32,000 nucleotides of DNA from Nitrosopumilaceae archaeon (GTDB lineage Archaea > Thermoproteota > Nitrososphaeria > Nitrososphaerales > Nitrosopumilaceae): the NCBI GenBank assembly GCA_035455245.1, contig DATIFN010000016.1, forward strand, positions 73,253 to 105,252, written 5' to 3'. Below, piece after piece: positions 24,129-32,000 of the stretch. Positions within the stretch are counted from its first letter, which is position 1; every line of letters starts with the position of its first letter. Below the pieces are notes generated by a model. It was not told the origin of the DNA and searched no databases. It worked only from the letters and a program-made list of their open reading frames with translations. A program made the translations under genes and the position numbers.

Positions 24129-25383
24129 TCCAAAAATTCTTCGAGAGAATCCAAACATAATAAGAAAGATGCTCAAAGATAGATCTGTCGATTTCTCATT
24201 AGAGGATTTAATAAAATTGGACAAGGAAAGAAGAGAATTAATTGTCAAAACAGATGATTTACGCAAGAAAAAAAATGAAATCTCACTAGAAATTGCACAG
24301 AAAAAAAAATCTGGCCATGATACGACAGTCACCATAGACCAGATGCGAGTAGTGTCTGAGACACTAACTGGACTGGAGACCATTCAAACAAAGACAGAAT
24401 CAGAATATAATAAACTCGCACTCACAATACCTAATCTTATCCATGAATCGGTTCCAATAGGAAAAGATGAGACTGCAAATATAGAATTAAGACACTGGGG
24501 AAAAATACCTCAGTTTAATTTTAAGGTAAAAGATCACATAGAACTGTCACACAATCTTGATCTTATTGATTTGGAAAGAGCTGCCAAAGTGGCTGGGGCA
24601 AGATTTTATTATTTGAAAAATGATCTTGTAAAGCTAAATCAGGCTCTGATACACTATGCATTGGATTTTCTTTCTGAGAAAAACTATACTCCTATTCAAA
24701 CTCCATATATGATAAATCGTGGTTCTATGGAGGGAGCTATCATTGCAAATGATTTTGAGGATGTGATTTACAAAATTGAAGGAGATGATCTATACCTAAT
24801 TGGAACATCAGAGCATGCAGTAGCATCCATGCACTCTGACGAAATTTTGGAAGGAAAAAGTTTACCAATGAGATATGCAGGTGTAAGTCCTTGTTTTAGA
24901 AAAGAAGCTGGAGCACATGGAAGAGATCAGAAAGGAATTTTCCGCGTTCATCAGTTTGAAAAAGTTGAACAGTTTATTTTTTCCAGACCAGAAGAATCAT
25001 GGAAAGAACATGAAAGAATGTTATCAATTGTTGAGGAATTTTATCAAAAACTTGAGATTCCATATAGGATAATGGTCTTGTCAAGCGGAGACCTTGGGAA
25101 AATTTCCGCAAAGACTTACGACCTTGAAGCATGGATGTCAGGACAGAATAGCTATCGGGAAATTGTTTCATGCTCTAATTGTCTTGATTTTCAGGCAAGA
25201 AGACTTAAGATTAGATTTAGGGATAGGACAAATGATCAACCACAGTATTTACACACACTAAACAGTACATTGGTTGCCACATCGAGAACTCTTGTATCGA
25301 TAATGGAAAATTTTCAAACAAAGGACGGACATGTTGCTGTTCCAAAGATTTTGCAGAAATATCTTGGTAAAGCCACCATCTAA
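24121..25383 (+). CDS. serS: Seryl-tRNA synthetase
   Basis: MLDPKILRENP N-terminal coiled-coil arm. Class II motifs (FRKEAG, GLDFQARR-like, TLNSTLVATSR). Confidence 0.93.
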   Translation: MLDPKILRENPNIIRKMLKDRSVDFSLEDLIKLDKERRELIVKTDDLRKKKNEISLEIAQKKKSGHDTTVTIDQMRVVSETLTGLETIQTKTESEYNKLALTIPNLIHESVPIGKDETANIELRHWGKIPQFNFKVKDHIELSHNLDLIDLERAAKVAGARFYYLKNDLVKLNQALIHYALDFLSEKNYTPIQTPYMINRGSMEGAIIANDFEDVIYKIEGDDLYLIGTSEHAVASMHSDEILEGKSLPMRYAGVSPCFRKEAGAHGRDQKGIFRVHQFEKVEQFIFSRPEESWKEHERMLSIVEEFYQKLEIPYRIMVLSSGDLGKISAKTYDLEAWMSGQNSYREIVSCSNCLDFQARRLKIRFRDRTNDQPQYLHTLNSTLVATSRTLVSIMENFQTKDGHVAVPKILQKYLGKATI

Positions 25384-25425
25384 AAGTCGTACAACTTATA
25401 TTTTGGCTTCAAACGTCGATCATAG

Positions 25426-26040
25426 TTGGCACGTCAAAAGACTGCAAGAATAAAGGACAAGTGGAGAGAGAAAAAATGGGTAACAGTACTTGCTCCGTCT
25501 GCGTTTAACAGTGTTCCAGTAGCATACATCCCAATTACTGATGATGCAAGTGCAATTGGTCGTGTAATCGAAGTAACCTTATTTGATATTGTAAAAGGAG
25601 ATCCTTCACAACACCAGTACAAACTATATTTCCAGATTAACAAGGTTGAAGGAAGTACTGCCACAACTATTTTCAAGAGATATGAATATGCAAAAGAGTT
25701 TTTGCGCAGTCTTGTAAGGCGAGGTTCTTCTTTGATTAATTTTATAGGAGATTACAAAACAAAAGACGGCTATATTTTCAGAATTAAAATTATTGCACTT
25801 ACACAAAAGAAACTCAACACGTCTCGCAAACATGCACTTAGATTAATCGCACGCGACGTAATGTCAAAAACCATTCCAGAAATGACAATAGAACAATTTG
25901 TACAGGCAACTGCTTTTGGAAAGATAAATTCCGATATAATGGCAGCAGTTAAGAAGATAATTCATGTGAGACATGTAGGCATTGAGAAAGCAAAGATAAT
26001 TAGAACAGCAGAAGCAGAAATTGCTTTACTACAAGCCTAA
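25426..26040 (+). CDS. rps3ae: 30S ribosomal protein eS1 (S3Ae), TTG start
   Basis: ARQKTARIKDKWREKKWVTVLAP is the conserved S3Ae N-terminus. An in-frame TAG sits immediately upstream of TTG 25426. The first in-frame ATG is far downstream. Confidence 0.88.
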   Translation: MARQKTARIKDKWREKKWVTVLAPSAFNSVPVAYIPITDDASAIGRVIEVTLFDIVKGDPSQHQYKLYFQINKVEGSTATTIFKRYEYAKEFLRSLVRRGSSLINFIGDYKTKDGYIFRIKIIALTQKKLNTSRKHALRLIARDVMSKTIPEMTIEQFVQATAFGKINSDIMAAVKKIIHVRHVGIEKAKIIRTAEAEIALLQA

Positions 26041-26072
26041 TAGATTTATTATTAATATAGATTCAAAATAAC

Positions 26073-26495
26073 ATGGTAAATCAGATAGAGATTACTCTAG
26101 AAGTCATCTTACATGCTACTGAAGATAGAAAAAAAATTCTAGATTCCATATTTGAAATGTTTGAAATAAAAGAAGAAGAGTTTGCTGAAGAGAAACTCCT
26201 AGGTCACTTTGGAAATTCGATTTTACTATTAAAAACAAAACTAACAAAAAAAAGAGCCCAAGAGTTTGTTCGTAAAGTTATTTCAAAAATTTCAAAAGTC
26301 CAAATAAATGAATTTTTTGACAACATAGATATGCATCTTGAAGGATCATCATTATTTTTACGAATTAGTAAACAAGACATTATACGAAAAACTGTTAACA
26401 TTCAGCAAAATGATTCGTTGAAAATAAAAATTTCTATTCCAGTGTACAAAAAAAGCGATCTTATAAAAAATTATATGGATCTTTTAAAGTCTTGA
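26073..26495 (+). CDS. DUF54-type RNA-binding protein (predicted exosome-associated subunit family)
   Basis: N-terminal IEITLEVILHATEDRKKI (hATED motif) and a length of about 140 aa. Confidence 0.6.
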   Translation: MVNQIEITLEVILHATEDRKKILDSIFEMFEIKEEEFAEEKLLGHFGNSILLLKTKLTKKRAQEFVRKVISKISKVQINEFFDNIDMHLEGSSLFLRISKQDIIRKTVNIQQNDSLKIKISIPVYKKSDLIKNYMDLLKS

Positions 26496-26701
26496 AACAG
26501 AAAAAAAGATACATTCTGGTTAGATCAGAAAATACAAATATTGAAAAAATTTCTAACCTTAAGTTAATCTCAAACCAAGATGGTCATGTGATAGTCTCAT
26601 GTAAGCTTGAAAATCTTTCTCAAGTTGTATCAGAGATTGAAAAAGAATGGAAAATAATTACAGTGTCTGGAACACTCAAGTCCTTAAGAAGGAGCGTTTA
26701 A
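26492..26701 (+). CDS. rnp2: RNase P protein component Pop5-like, unusually short (69 aa)
   Basis: KKRYILV near the N-terminus and ITVSGTLKSLRR at the C-terminus mirror the conserved Pop5 ends (KKRYIAF ... VSGTIKRLKRK in Pyrococcus, as I recall). There is no in-frame ATG, so a TTG start is presumed. Confidence 0.55.
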   Translation: MKQKKRYILVRSENTNIEKISNLKLISNQDGHVIVSCKLENLSQVVSEIEKEWKIITVSGTLKSLRRSV

Positions 26702-26724
26702 TAGTATTTCAATCCCAAAAGCAG

Positions 26725-26790
26725 TGGGGATGAGGGTTTGCCGCTCCAGTCTGAGCGTTTGCTGTGAAGAAGCCGCGACGAACTGACCCA
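26725..26790 (+). ncRNA. Candidate box C/D sRNA
   Basis: TGGG (26725-26728) is complementary to CCCA (26787-26790). C-like GGGATGA/ATGAGGG (26727-26736). D' CTGA (26751-26754). C' GTGAAGA (26764-26770). A 12-nt spacer, then D CTGA (26783-26786). GC-rich relative to its surroundings. Confidence 0.55.
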
Positions 26791-26844
26791 AAAAATTGCG
26801 ATTCATTATCACACGGTTCTTTTAAATAGAGTAGATCCTGTTTT

Positions 26845-28302
26845 TTGGCTGTGAAAATAGATTACGACATCATAGTAGCTGGTGGAGGACTCGCTGGTAT
26901 GATAGCAGCCCAATCTGCAGCATTTTATTCAAAACAAAGATTATCGATCCTTGTAATCGATAGAAATCCCGAACCAACGGTTGGTAAGAAAACAATCAGC
27001 GGTTGGATTTGTGGAGATGCAGTTGGAAAAAATACGGTTGACTACATGACAGAAAGAATTAAGATATCATGGGGAAAGCCAGAGATTGAACATCCTGTAA
27101 AAGGGGTGATGGCATTTTCACCAGATAGGGAAACTTCAATTCCATTTGATGGAGAAGGATTTATGCTGAATAGGCAGGAATTGCCAAAACGCCAGCTCCG
27201 TGATTCAAAAAATATGGGAATCAATTTTCAATTTTCCATAGCTCTTAGAAATTTACTTTATGAAAATGATACTGTGGTAGGTATAGAGGGAACAGATCTG
27301 TTAACAAATCAGCCATACAAGAAAACTGCAAAGATTGTAATTGATGCAACCGGAGTGGCATCAATGCTTCGAAATGGGTTATCCATCAAATCGAAAATAG
27401 AGAGAAAGATAGATCGTGATGATTTAGAAGCTACTGGAAGACACATAATGAAGTTCGAAACTGGAGTAGAAGATAAGACAGATTTTGATTCTGATTATTG
27501 TATAATACATTTAGATCAAGACATTGCACCAGGTGGATATGGTTGGGTGTTTCCCAAAGGTAAGAATAAGGTAAACATAGGTTTGGGTGTTCAACAAAAA
27601 GAATTACAGAAAAGAAACCAGAGATTGGGTAAGAAAGACGATGTGGTGAAATTGATAAATGATTATGTTAAGATCAATAAAGCGATAAAAAACCCGCGAC
27701 TCTCAGATGACCCAAGTGATTCTGTTAACTCCACAGGCACATGGCAGGTTTCGGTTAGAAGACAAAATGATTGTCTAGTTGCAAATGGTTTCATGCTTGT
27801 AGGCGATTCTGCATGGATGCCAAAACCACTCGATGCGGGAGGAATTGGTCCTGCAATTGTGGCTGCCACAATAATTGGAAGAGATGCAGTAGCTGCGATT
27901 GAAGCAAATGATGTTAGTGAAACCGGATTGTGGCAATACAATATTGATTTCATAAATGATTATGGATACAAAACAGCAGGACTTGAGGTCTTCCGAAGAT
28001 TATTACAGACATTAACTAATGAGCAGATAAATTATGGAATGAAGCACTTTTTGTCAAAAATGGATGTTGAAGCCATAAGTAGGGGTGAACATCCAGATTT
28101 TGGAACGGTTAGCAAACTTGGAATGATGATCCGTGGTGCATTAAACAAACAGCTTGCCGATGGTTTGAGATTCACAGCCCAACAAAACAAGATTTTGACA
28201 GAACATTATTACAATTTCCCAACGACTCCGGATGGATTTGATGTATGGCATCACACATTACATAAAACATTAGATGAATCTTTTGCAAAAATTAAAAATT
28301 GA
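26845..28302 (+). CDS. FAD-dependent geranylgeranyl reductase family protein
   Basis: YDIIVAGGGLAGMIAAQSAA dinucleotide-binding motif. GDSAWMPKPLDAGGIG is typical of the GGR family. Non-ATG start (TTG 26845 or GTG 26851). Confidence 0.8.
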   Translation: MAVKIDYDIIVAGGGLAGMIAAQSAAFYSKQRLSILVIDRNPEPTVGKKTISGWICGDAVGKNTVDYMTERIKISWGKPEIEHPVKGVMAFSPDRETSIPFDGEGFMLNRQELPKRQLRDSKNMGINFQFSIALRNLLYENDTVVGIEGTDLLTNQPYKKTAKIVIDATGVASMLRNGLSIKSKIERKIDRDDLEATGRHIMKFETGVEDKTDFDSDYCIIHLDQDIAPGGYGWVFPKGKNKVNIGLGVQQKELQKRNQRLGKKDDVVKLINDYVKINKAIKNPRLSDDPSDSVNSTGTWQVSVRRQNDCLVANGFMLVGDSAWMPKPLDAGGIGPAIVAATIIGRDAVAAIEANDVSETGLWQYNIDFINDYGYKTAGLEVFRRLLQTLTNEQINYGMKHFLSKMDVEAISRGEHPDFGTVSKLGMMIRGALNKQLADGLRFTAQQNKILTEHYYNFPTTPDGFDVWHHTLHKTLDESFAKIKN

Positions 28303-28303
28303 T

Positions 28304-29161
28304 CTAGTCTATTCCTAGCGGGATAGTGCCACTGCCCCATGGTTCTTTCACCTTGAAAAAATAATCTTTTGCTGGATCGTAATCTAATCCCTTATAGAAG
28401 CTCCATTCTAACAATTTGGGAGAGTTTGGTAGAAGTGTCAAGGAACCATATACCAGAGTATTTGTAGTGTATTGGATTTCTTTTTGTCCATCACTAAGTA
28501 CATAATTACAGGAGTTTACAGGACATGACATTGTTATATCATGAGAGACATCCGTGTTTTCAACGACAAAATAAATTGTTAGAATAGTTCCGCTTGATGT
28601 TTTTTCAATTTTGCTATCCACATAGTAAAAGGTAACTGGCCCAATCACAGTTGGAGTTGATTTTTCGATTTCATTTTTGATTTTATAATCAAGTTCTATT
28701 TCTTTTTGACATATTCTTTTTTCTGCGGCTGTAGTGAATTGATCACATTTTGACATATCAAGTTTGTTGGAGGAAGAATTTTGAGAGTTGTCATCTGCCA
28801 AAGAAATTATTCCAGTTCTAATCATGAATTGGATTCCGTTTGCAAAGGTCTTATCATCTATTTCTCCATTTGACCACCATTTGGCGTTGTTTTTTATCCA
28901 ATCAGGAATTTTTGTATCATGATTTGCCTGTTGACTTTCAGTTACAGGAATTTTTATTATTCCTTCTTTCATCATAAACTTAATTCCGTTTGCAAAAGTC
29001 TTATCATCTATTTCTCCATTTGACCACCATTTGGCGTTGTTTTTTATCCAGTCTGGGATCTTTATTTCTTCAGCATAAGTTATCTGAAAAATACCACCTA
29101 AAAGAATGAAACTCGAAAAAAGAAATTTTATTTTATGTTGCATCCTATTTGATATAATCAA
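28304..29161 (-). CDS. Secreted protein with two tandem copies of a KIPDWIKNNAKWWSNGEIDDKTFANGI module
   Basis: Signal-like MQHKIKFLFSSFILLGGIFQITYA (start probably ATG 29143). Two nearly identical modules of about 40 aa, then a Cys-containing C-terminal domain. Confidence 0.75.
   Translation of the reverse strand: MIISNRMQHKIKFLFSSFILLGGIFQITYAEEIKIPDWIKNNAKWWSNGEIDDKTFANGIKFMMKEGIIKIPVTESQQANHDTKIPDWIKNNAKWWSNGEIDDKTFANGIQFMIRTGIISLADDNSQNSSSNKLDMSKCDQFTTAAEKRICQKEIELDYKIKNEIEKSTPTVIGPVTFYYVDSKIEKTSSGTILTIYFVVENTDVSHDITMSCPVNSCNYVLSDGQKEIQYTTNTLVYGSLTLLPNSPKLLEWSFYKGLDYDPAKDYFFKVKEPWGSGTIPLGID
28833..28900. repeat. Intragenic direct repeat, copy 1 (68 bp)
   Basis: ATTCCGTTTGCAAAGGTCTTATCATCTATTTCTCCATTTGACCACCATTTGGCGTTGTTTTTTATCCA matches 28983-29050 at 67 of 68 positions. 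The offset is 150 bp (50 codons). Confidence 0.9.
28983..29050. repeat. Intragenic direct repeat, copy 2 (68 bp)
   Basis: See copy 1. The single difference is AAAGGTC versus AAAAGTC. Confidence 0.9.
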
Positions 29162-29253
29162 GCTTTCAAATTAACTTAATCGCCATGACATCATAGTGGT
29201 AAATTCAGATTCCGTCAAGACTATTTTTAAATTAAGGTCGTATTCTTTCAATA

Positions 29254-30054
29254 GTGTTGCTTTCAGAATCGCTTTACATTGATTGGAATCATTCCTTTGA
29301 AATTTTAGATAGGGCATACGAAACAGGTTTATTTGTATTAATAATAGGTCCAAAAGGAACTGGAAAAACTACTCTTGTTCGTGGATTTGCTGCAAAAAAA
29401 GGGGTTAAACTGGAATCGGTAAACTTTAGCTTAAGAACACGTGAAAGCCACTTGATAGGTTCCAAAAGTTTGGAGAATGGGGCTATTGGTTTTGATGAAG
29501 GAATATTGGTGAAATCAATGAAGGAAGGTGGCATGCTTTATCTTGATGAAATTAATGCTTCTGAGGCAGATGTTCTGTTAAGATTAGATGAAGCATTAGA
29601 TGATAGAAGACAGATCGTTCTAAAAGAATCTGGAGGAGAAATAATTAAAGCAAATAATGATTGGTTTGTCGTTGCAACAATTAATCCATTAACACATGTT
29701 GGCACAAAAGAACTTCCACCACAGATTCTTAGCAGATTCCCCGTAAGAATTAGGTTGGAATATCCGCCAGAAGAGATTGAATTGCAGATTGTTAAAAAAT
29801 ATATCTCCGGATCACATGACAAAGAACTTGTGCAAGGAATTAAACTTGCAAATTCATTACGACAAGCTGCGGCAGTAGAGGAATTGTATTATTCACCAAG
29901 TTTGCGAGAAACGATAGCATTTGGCAAGCTTCTTGACTCAGGAATAAAACCAAGACAAGCTGCAGATATTGTTTTTGCTAATGTGTATTCACAGTGGGGA
30001 AATGTCGAATATCAAAAAGTTAGTGACATCATAACATCGATGTTTGGTAATTAA
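29254..30054 (+). CDS. MoxR-class AAA+ ATPase (CbbQ/NorQ-like, AAA_5 type)
   Basis: Walker A GPKGTGKT, Walker B MLYLDEIN, and sensor/arginine-finger region ATINP...SRF. About 266 aa, as in CbbQ/NorQ. GTG start presumed. Confidence 0.85.
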   Translation: MLLSESLYIDWNHSFEILDRAYETGLFVLIIGPKGTGKTTLVRGFAAKKGVKLESVNFSLRTRESHLIGSKSLENGAIGFDEGILVKSMKEGGMLYLDEINASEADVLLRLDEALDDRRQIVLKESGGEIIKANNDWFVVATINPLTHVGTKELPPQILSRFPVRIRLEYPPEEIELQIVKKYISGSHDKELVQGIKLANSLRQAAAVEELYYSPSLRETIAFGKLLDSGIKPRQAADIVFANVYSQWGNVEYQKVSDIITSMFGN

Positions 30055-31616
30055 TGCAATCATTACATCTTAGAAACGACACATTACTTGAAATTGCCAC
30101 GTTCCTTGTAAGAAGGTGGTCGGAAAAGAACATTTCAGTAGGAATTAATGAACAAAAAGAAATTCTGACAAAATTAAAAGAAAACAAGGTAATCATGCTT
30201 CCTTTAGATCATTATTTTGGAACGAATTTTCAAAAATATAGGCAATTTAGAACTGCTTTATGGTATGAGGCAATGAGACTAAAACATTGTACAAAAATCC
30301 TCAGTAATGACCACGCATTTGGTTTTTTACTTAATACACTCGAAACAAGGCGAATTGAAACTATTGGTAGAAGACAATGGCGCGGGATGGATGAGGAAAT
30401 AATATTCAGTTATGGTTTTGCTTGGCTTTACAGGCCTCTTTTGAATTCGATCTATGGAAAAGCAAGAATCGCTGAAGCGTTTTCTCAGTATTTTTTGATG
30501 GGTGACATCAAAGGTGAGATTAACCCAAGTCAGTTTGAAAAAATTATAAAGGCAACAGAATTTGCAAGAGAAATTGTTAAAGAAGCATTAGAAAAAAACC
30601 ATAATACAGAATGGCTTGAGAAGAGGATTCCTGAAATTATAAAAATTTTAGAATTGGACGCATTAATAACAATTCCATTATCTGTTCCAAAAATTGGCAC
30701 AGGCATTGCAATCTCGGAAGAAGATTTTGTCAAAATGCTTGGTAAGATAACAAAATTCCGTGAAAGTGATTTTGGAGAACTGGATCCTAGACGCATTGCC
30801 GAAGGAAAAACGGTTTTTGAAGAATTCAAAGTCTTACTACAGGAGAATCAGTTAAATGAAAACAGAGGCTTAAGTTCTGAAAACGTAGGAATTAGCATTC
30901 CTAGTTCCATGGATGTTGATGAAACAAAAATCTATGACGTGGATCTTGTAAATAATCTAAAAGCCAAATTCAAAGAATGGAAGACTAGTTGGAAAGAACA
31001 GCATGTAATTACAGGGGATGAGTTTGATGAAGAAACCTATCTGGAAGGACACACACCATTTCTCACAGATAAAAAAATTACAATTAAAACAAGAATTGTC
31101 ATATTGCTTGACCATTCCTCAAGCATAGCAAATGAGCAAGTTCAATACAAAAAAGCAACCTTAGCCTTATGTGAGGTACTTGCATTTTTAAAGGTAAAAT
31201 TCTCCGTTTATGCCTTTAATACTGAACAACGACAAGTAACATGCTGGCTAGTTAAACCTGAAAATATCAAATGGAATAGTATCGCCGCAAAAAGATTGGC
31301 CCAAATTAAAGCAAATGGTGGAACTCCGTTAGCGGAAGTTTATTCCATAATGCTTCCAATGATACGCTCAAAAAAACCAGATATATTCCTCACTTTATCT
31401 GATGGAGAACCCTCAGATCCTGATGCAGTTCGAGCAATGGTAAGCACATTCAACCTCTTAGGGATTAAGATGGTTGCAATCGGAGTTGGTCCGAGTACAA
31501 TGATATCAACAATAATTGCAAGTAATCTGAAACATCTTGGATATGAAAGAACTCTTGCCGTCAGTAGATTAAATGACATACCAAATAGAGTTCTAAATGT
31601 TTTAGGAAGAAACTAG
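30054..31616 (+). CDS. von Willebrand factor A (VWA) domain protein, NorD/CbbO/CobT-like partner of the MoxR ATPase
   Basis: C-terminal VWA with MIDAS DHSSS (DxSxS), GGT and SDGEP. An N-terminal region of about 330 aa is not recognisable. The ATG overlaps the ATPase stop (TAATG). Confidence 0.8.
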   Translation: MQSLHLRNDTLLEIATFLVRRWSEKNISVGINEQKEILTKLKENKVIMLPLDHYFGTNFQKYRQFRTALWYEAMRLKHCTKILSNDHAFGFLLNTLETRRIETIGRRQWRGMDEEIIFSYGFAWLYRPLLNSIYGKARIAEAFSQYFLMGDIKGEINPSQFEKIIKATEFAREIVKEALEKNHNTEWLEKRIPEIIKILELDALITIPLSVPKIGTGIAISEEDFVKMLGKITKFRESDFGELDPRRIAEGKTVFEEFKVLLQENQLNENRGLSSENVGISIPSSMDVDETKIYDVDLVNNLKAKFKEWKTSWKEQHVITGDEFDEETYLEGHTPFLTDKKITIKTRIVILLDHSSSIANEQVQYKKATLALCEVLAFLKVKFSVYAFNTEQRQVTCWLVKPENIKWNSIAAKRLAQIKANGGTPLAEVYSIMLPMIRSKKPDIFLTLSDGEPSDPDAVRAMVSTFNLLGIKMVAIGVGPSTMISTIIASNLKHLGYERTLAVSRLNDIPNRVLNVLGRN

Positions 31617-31617
31617 G

Positions 31618-32000
31618 ATGAAGTGTTTGTCAGTATCCCAGCCCTATGCTGACCTCATAGTTCAAGGCAAAAAAACAATCGAGCTAAGAACTTGGAACAC
31701 GAAATATCGTGGAGAATTCCTTGTCCATGCACCAGATAAAATAAAAAAAGACGTGTGTGAAAAACTTGGAATCGATCTAACACGAATTAGAACCGGAGTC
31801 ATTATAGGAAAAGTTGAGATCTACGATGTCAAGACATACAAATCAGTGTCTGAATTAAAATCAGATTACAAGAAACATTTTGCTACAGAAGAACATTTCC
31901 AACACAAGTACGGGTTTTTGCTTAAAAAACCACAGGAACTAAAGATACCCATTCCTTACAAGGGCAGTCTTGGCTTTTTTAATGTAGATTTAGGCACAAA
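31618..32000 (+). CDS. ASCH domain (PUA-like) protein, 3'-truncated by the window edge
   Basis: Hand translation gives MKCLSVSQPYADLIVQGKKTIELRTWNTKYRGEFLVHA... This is a typical ASCH N-terminus (SIrQPWAelI..G.K..E.R-like). It starts 1 nt after the VWA stop and is absent from the ORF track because no stop is reached. Confidence 0.7.
   Translation, partial: MKCLSVSQPYADLIVQGKKTIELRTWNTKYRGEFLVHAPDKIKKDVCEKLGIDLTRIRTGVIIGKVEIYDVKTYKSVSELKSDYKKHFATEEHFQHKYGFLLKKPQELKIPIPYKGSLGFFNVDLGT

Noticed and set aside
23056-24383. Several 76-121-aa minus-strand ORFs opposite the RecJ-like, Pcc1 and serS genes
   Set aside because: All overlap well-supported plus-strand genes, and none has a recognisable motif or start context.
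1-32000. CRISPR arrays, IS elements or transposases, rRNA genes, prophage blocks
   Set aside because: No regularly spaced direct repeats, no terminal inverted repeats flanking a transposase-like ORF, and no rRNA-like conserved stretches were seen on either strand.

Overview
AT-rich archaeal chromosomal segment, which I read as an ammonia-oxidising thaumarchaeon (Nitrosopumilus-like, Nitrososphaerota). The main anchor is the ammonia monooxygenase locus at 17.9-20.5 kb: amoA-amoX-amoC on the minus strand and amoB on the plus strand. It is flanked by small membrane-protein genes. The rest is mostly housekeeping. There are four aminoacyl-tRNA synthetase genes (pheT, pheS, trpS, serS) and ribosomal proteins uS15 and eS1 (S3Ae). 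An overlapping S15/RecJ-Cdc45-like/Pcc1/SerRS gene string and a DUF54/Pop5 pair are also present, along with archaeal PPAT and a geranylgeranyl-reductase-family flavoprotein. Five tRNA genes are present, and three of them are interrupted by introns. Accessory-looking content includes a class III PHA synthase cluster (phaE-phaC plus an AbrB-type PhaR-like gene). An orphan Dam-family methyltransferase sits between tRNA-Thr and amoA. A translationally coupled MoxR(CbbQ/NorQ-like)-VWA-ASCH string occupies the 3' end, and a tRNA-flanking trio of unknown function (hypothetical / Cys-rich zinc ribbon / HExxH protein) the 5' end. I also see one good box C/D sRNA candidate and two GC-rich intergenic patches that may be structured RNA. 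A T-rich terminator-like 15-mer recurs exactly behind several membrane-protein genes. I found no CRISPR array, IS element, integrase or rRNA. All functional calls rest on motifs read by eye from the supplied translations and on remembered family features. No database search was run.
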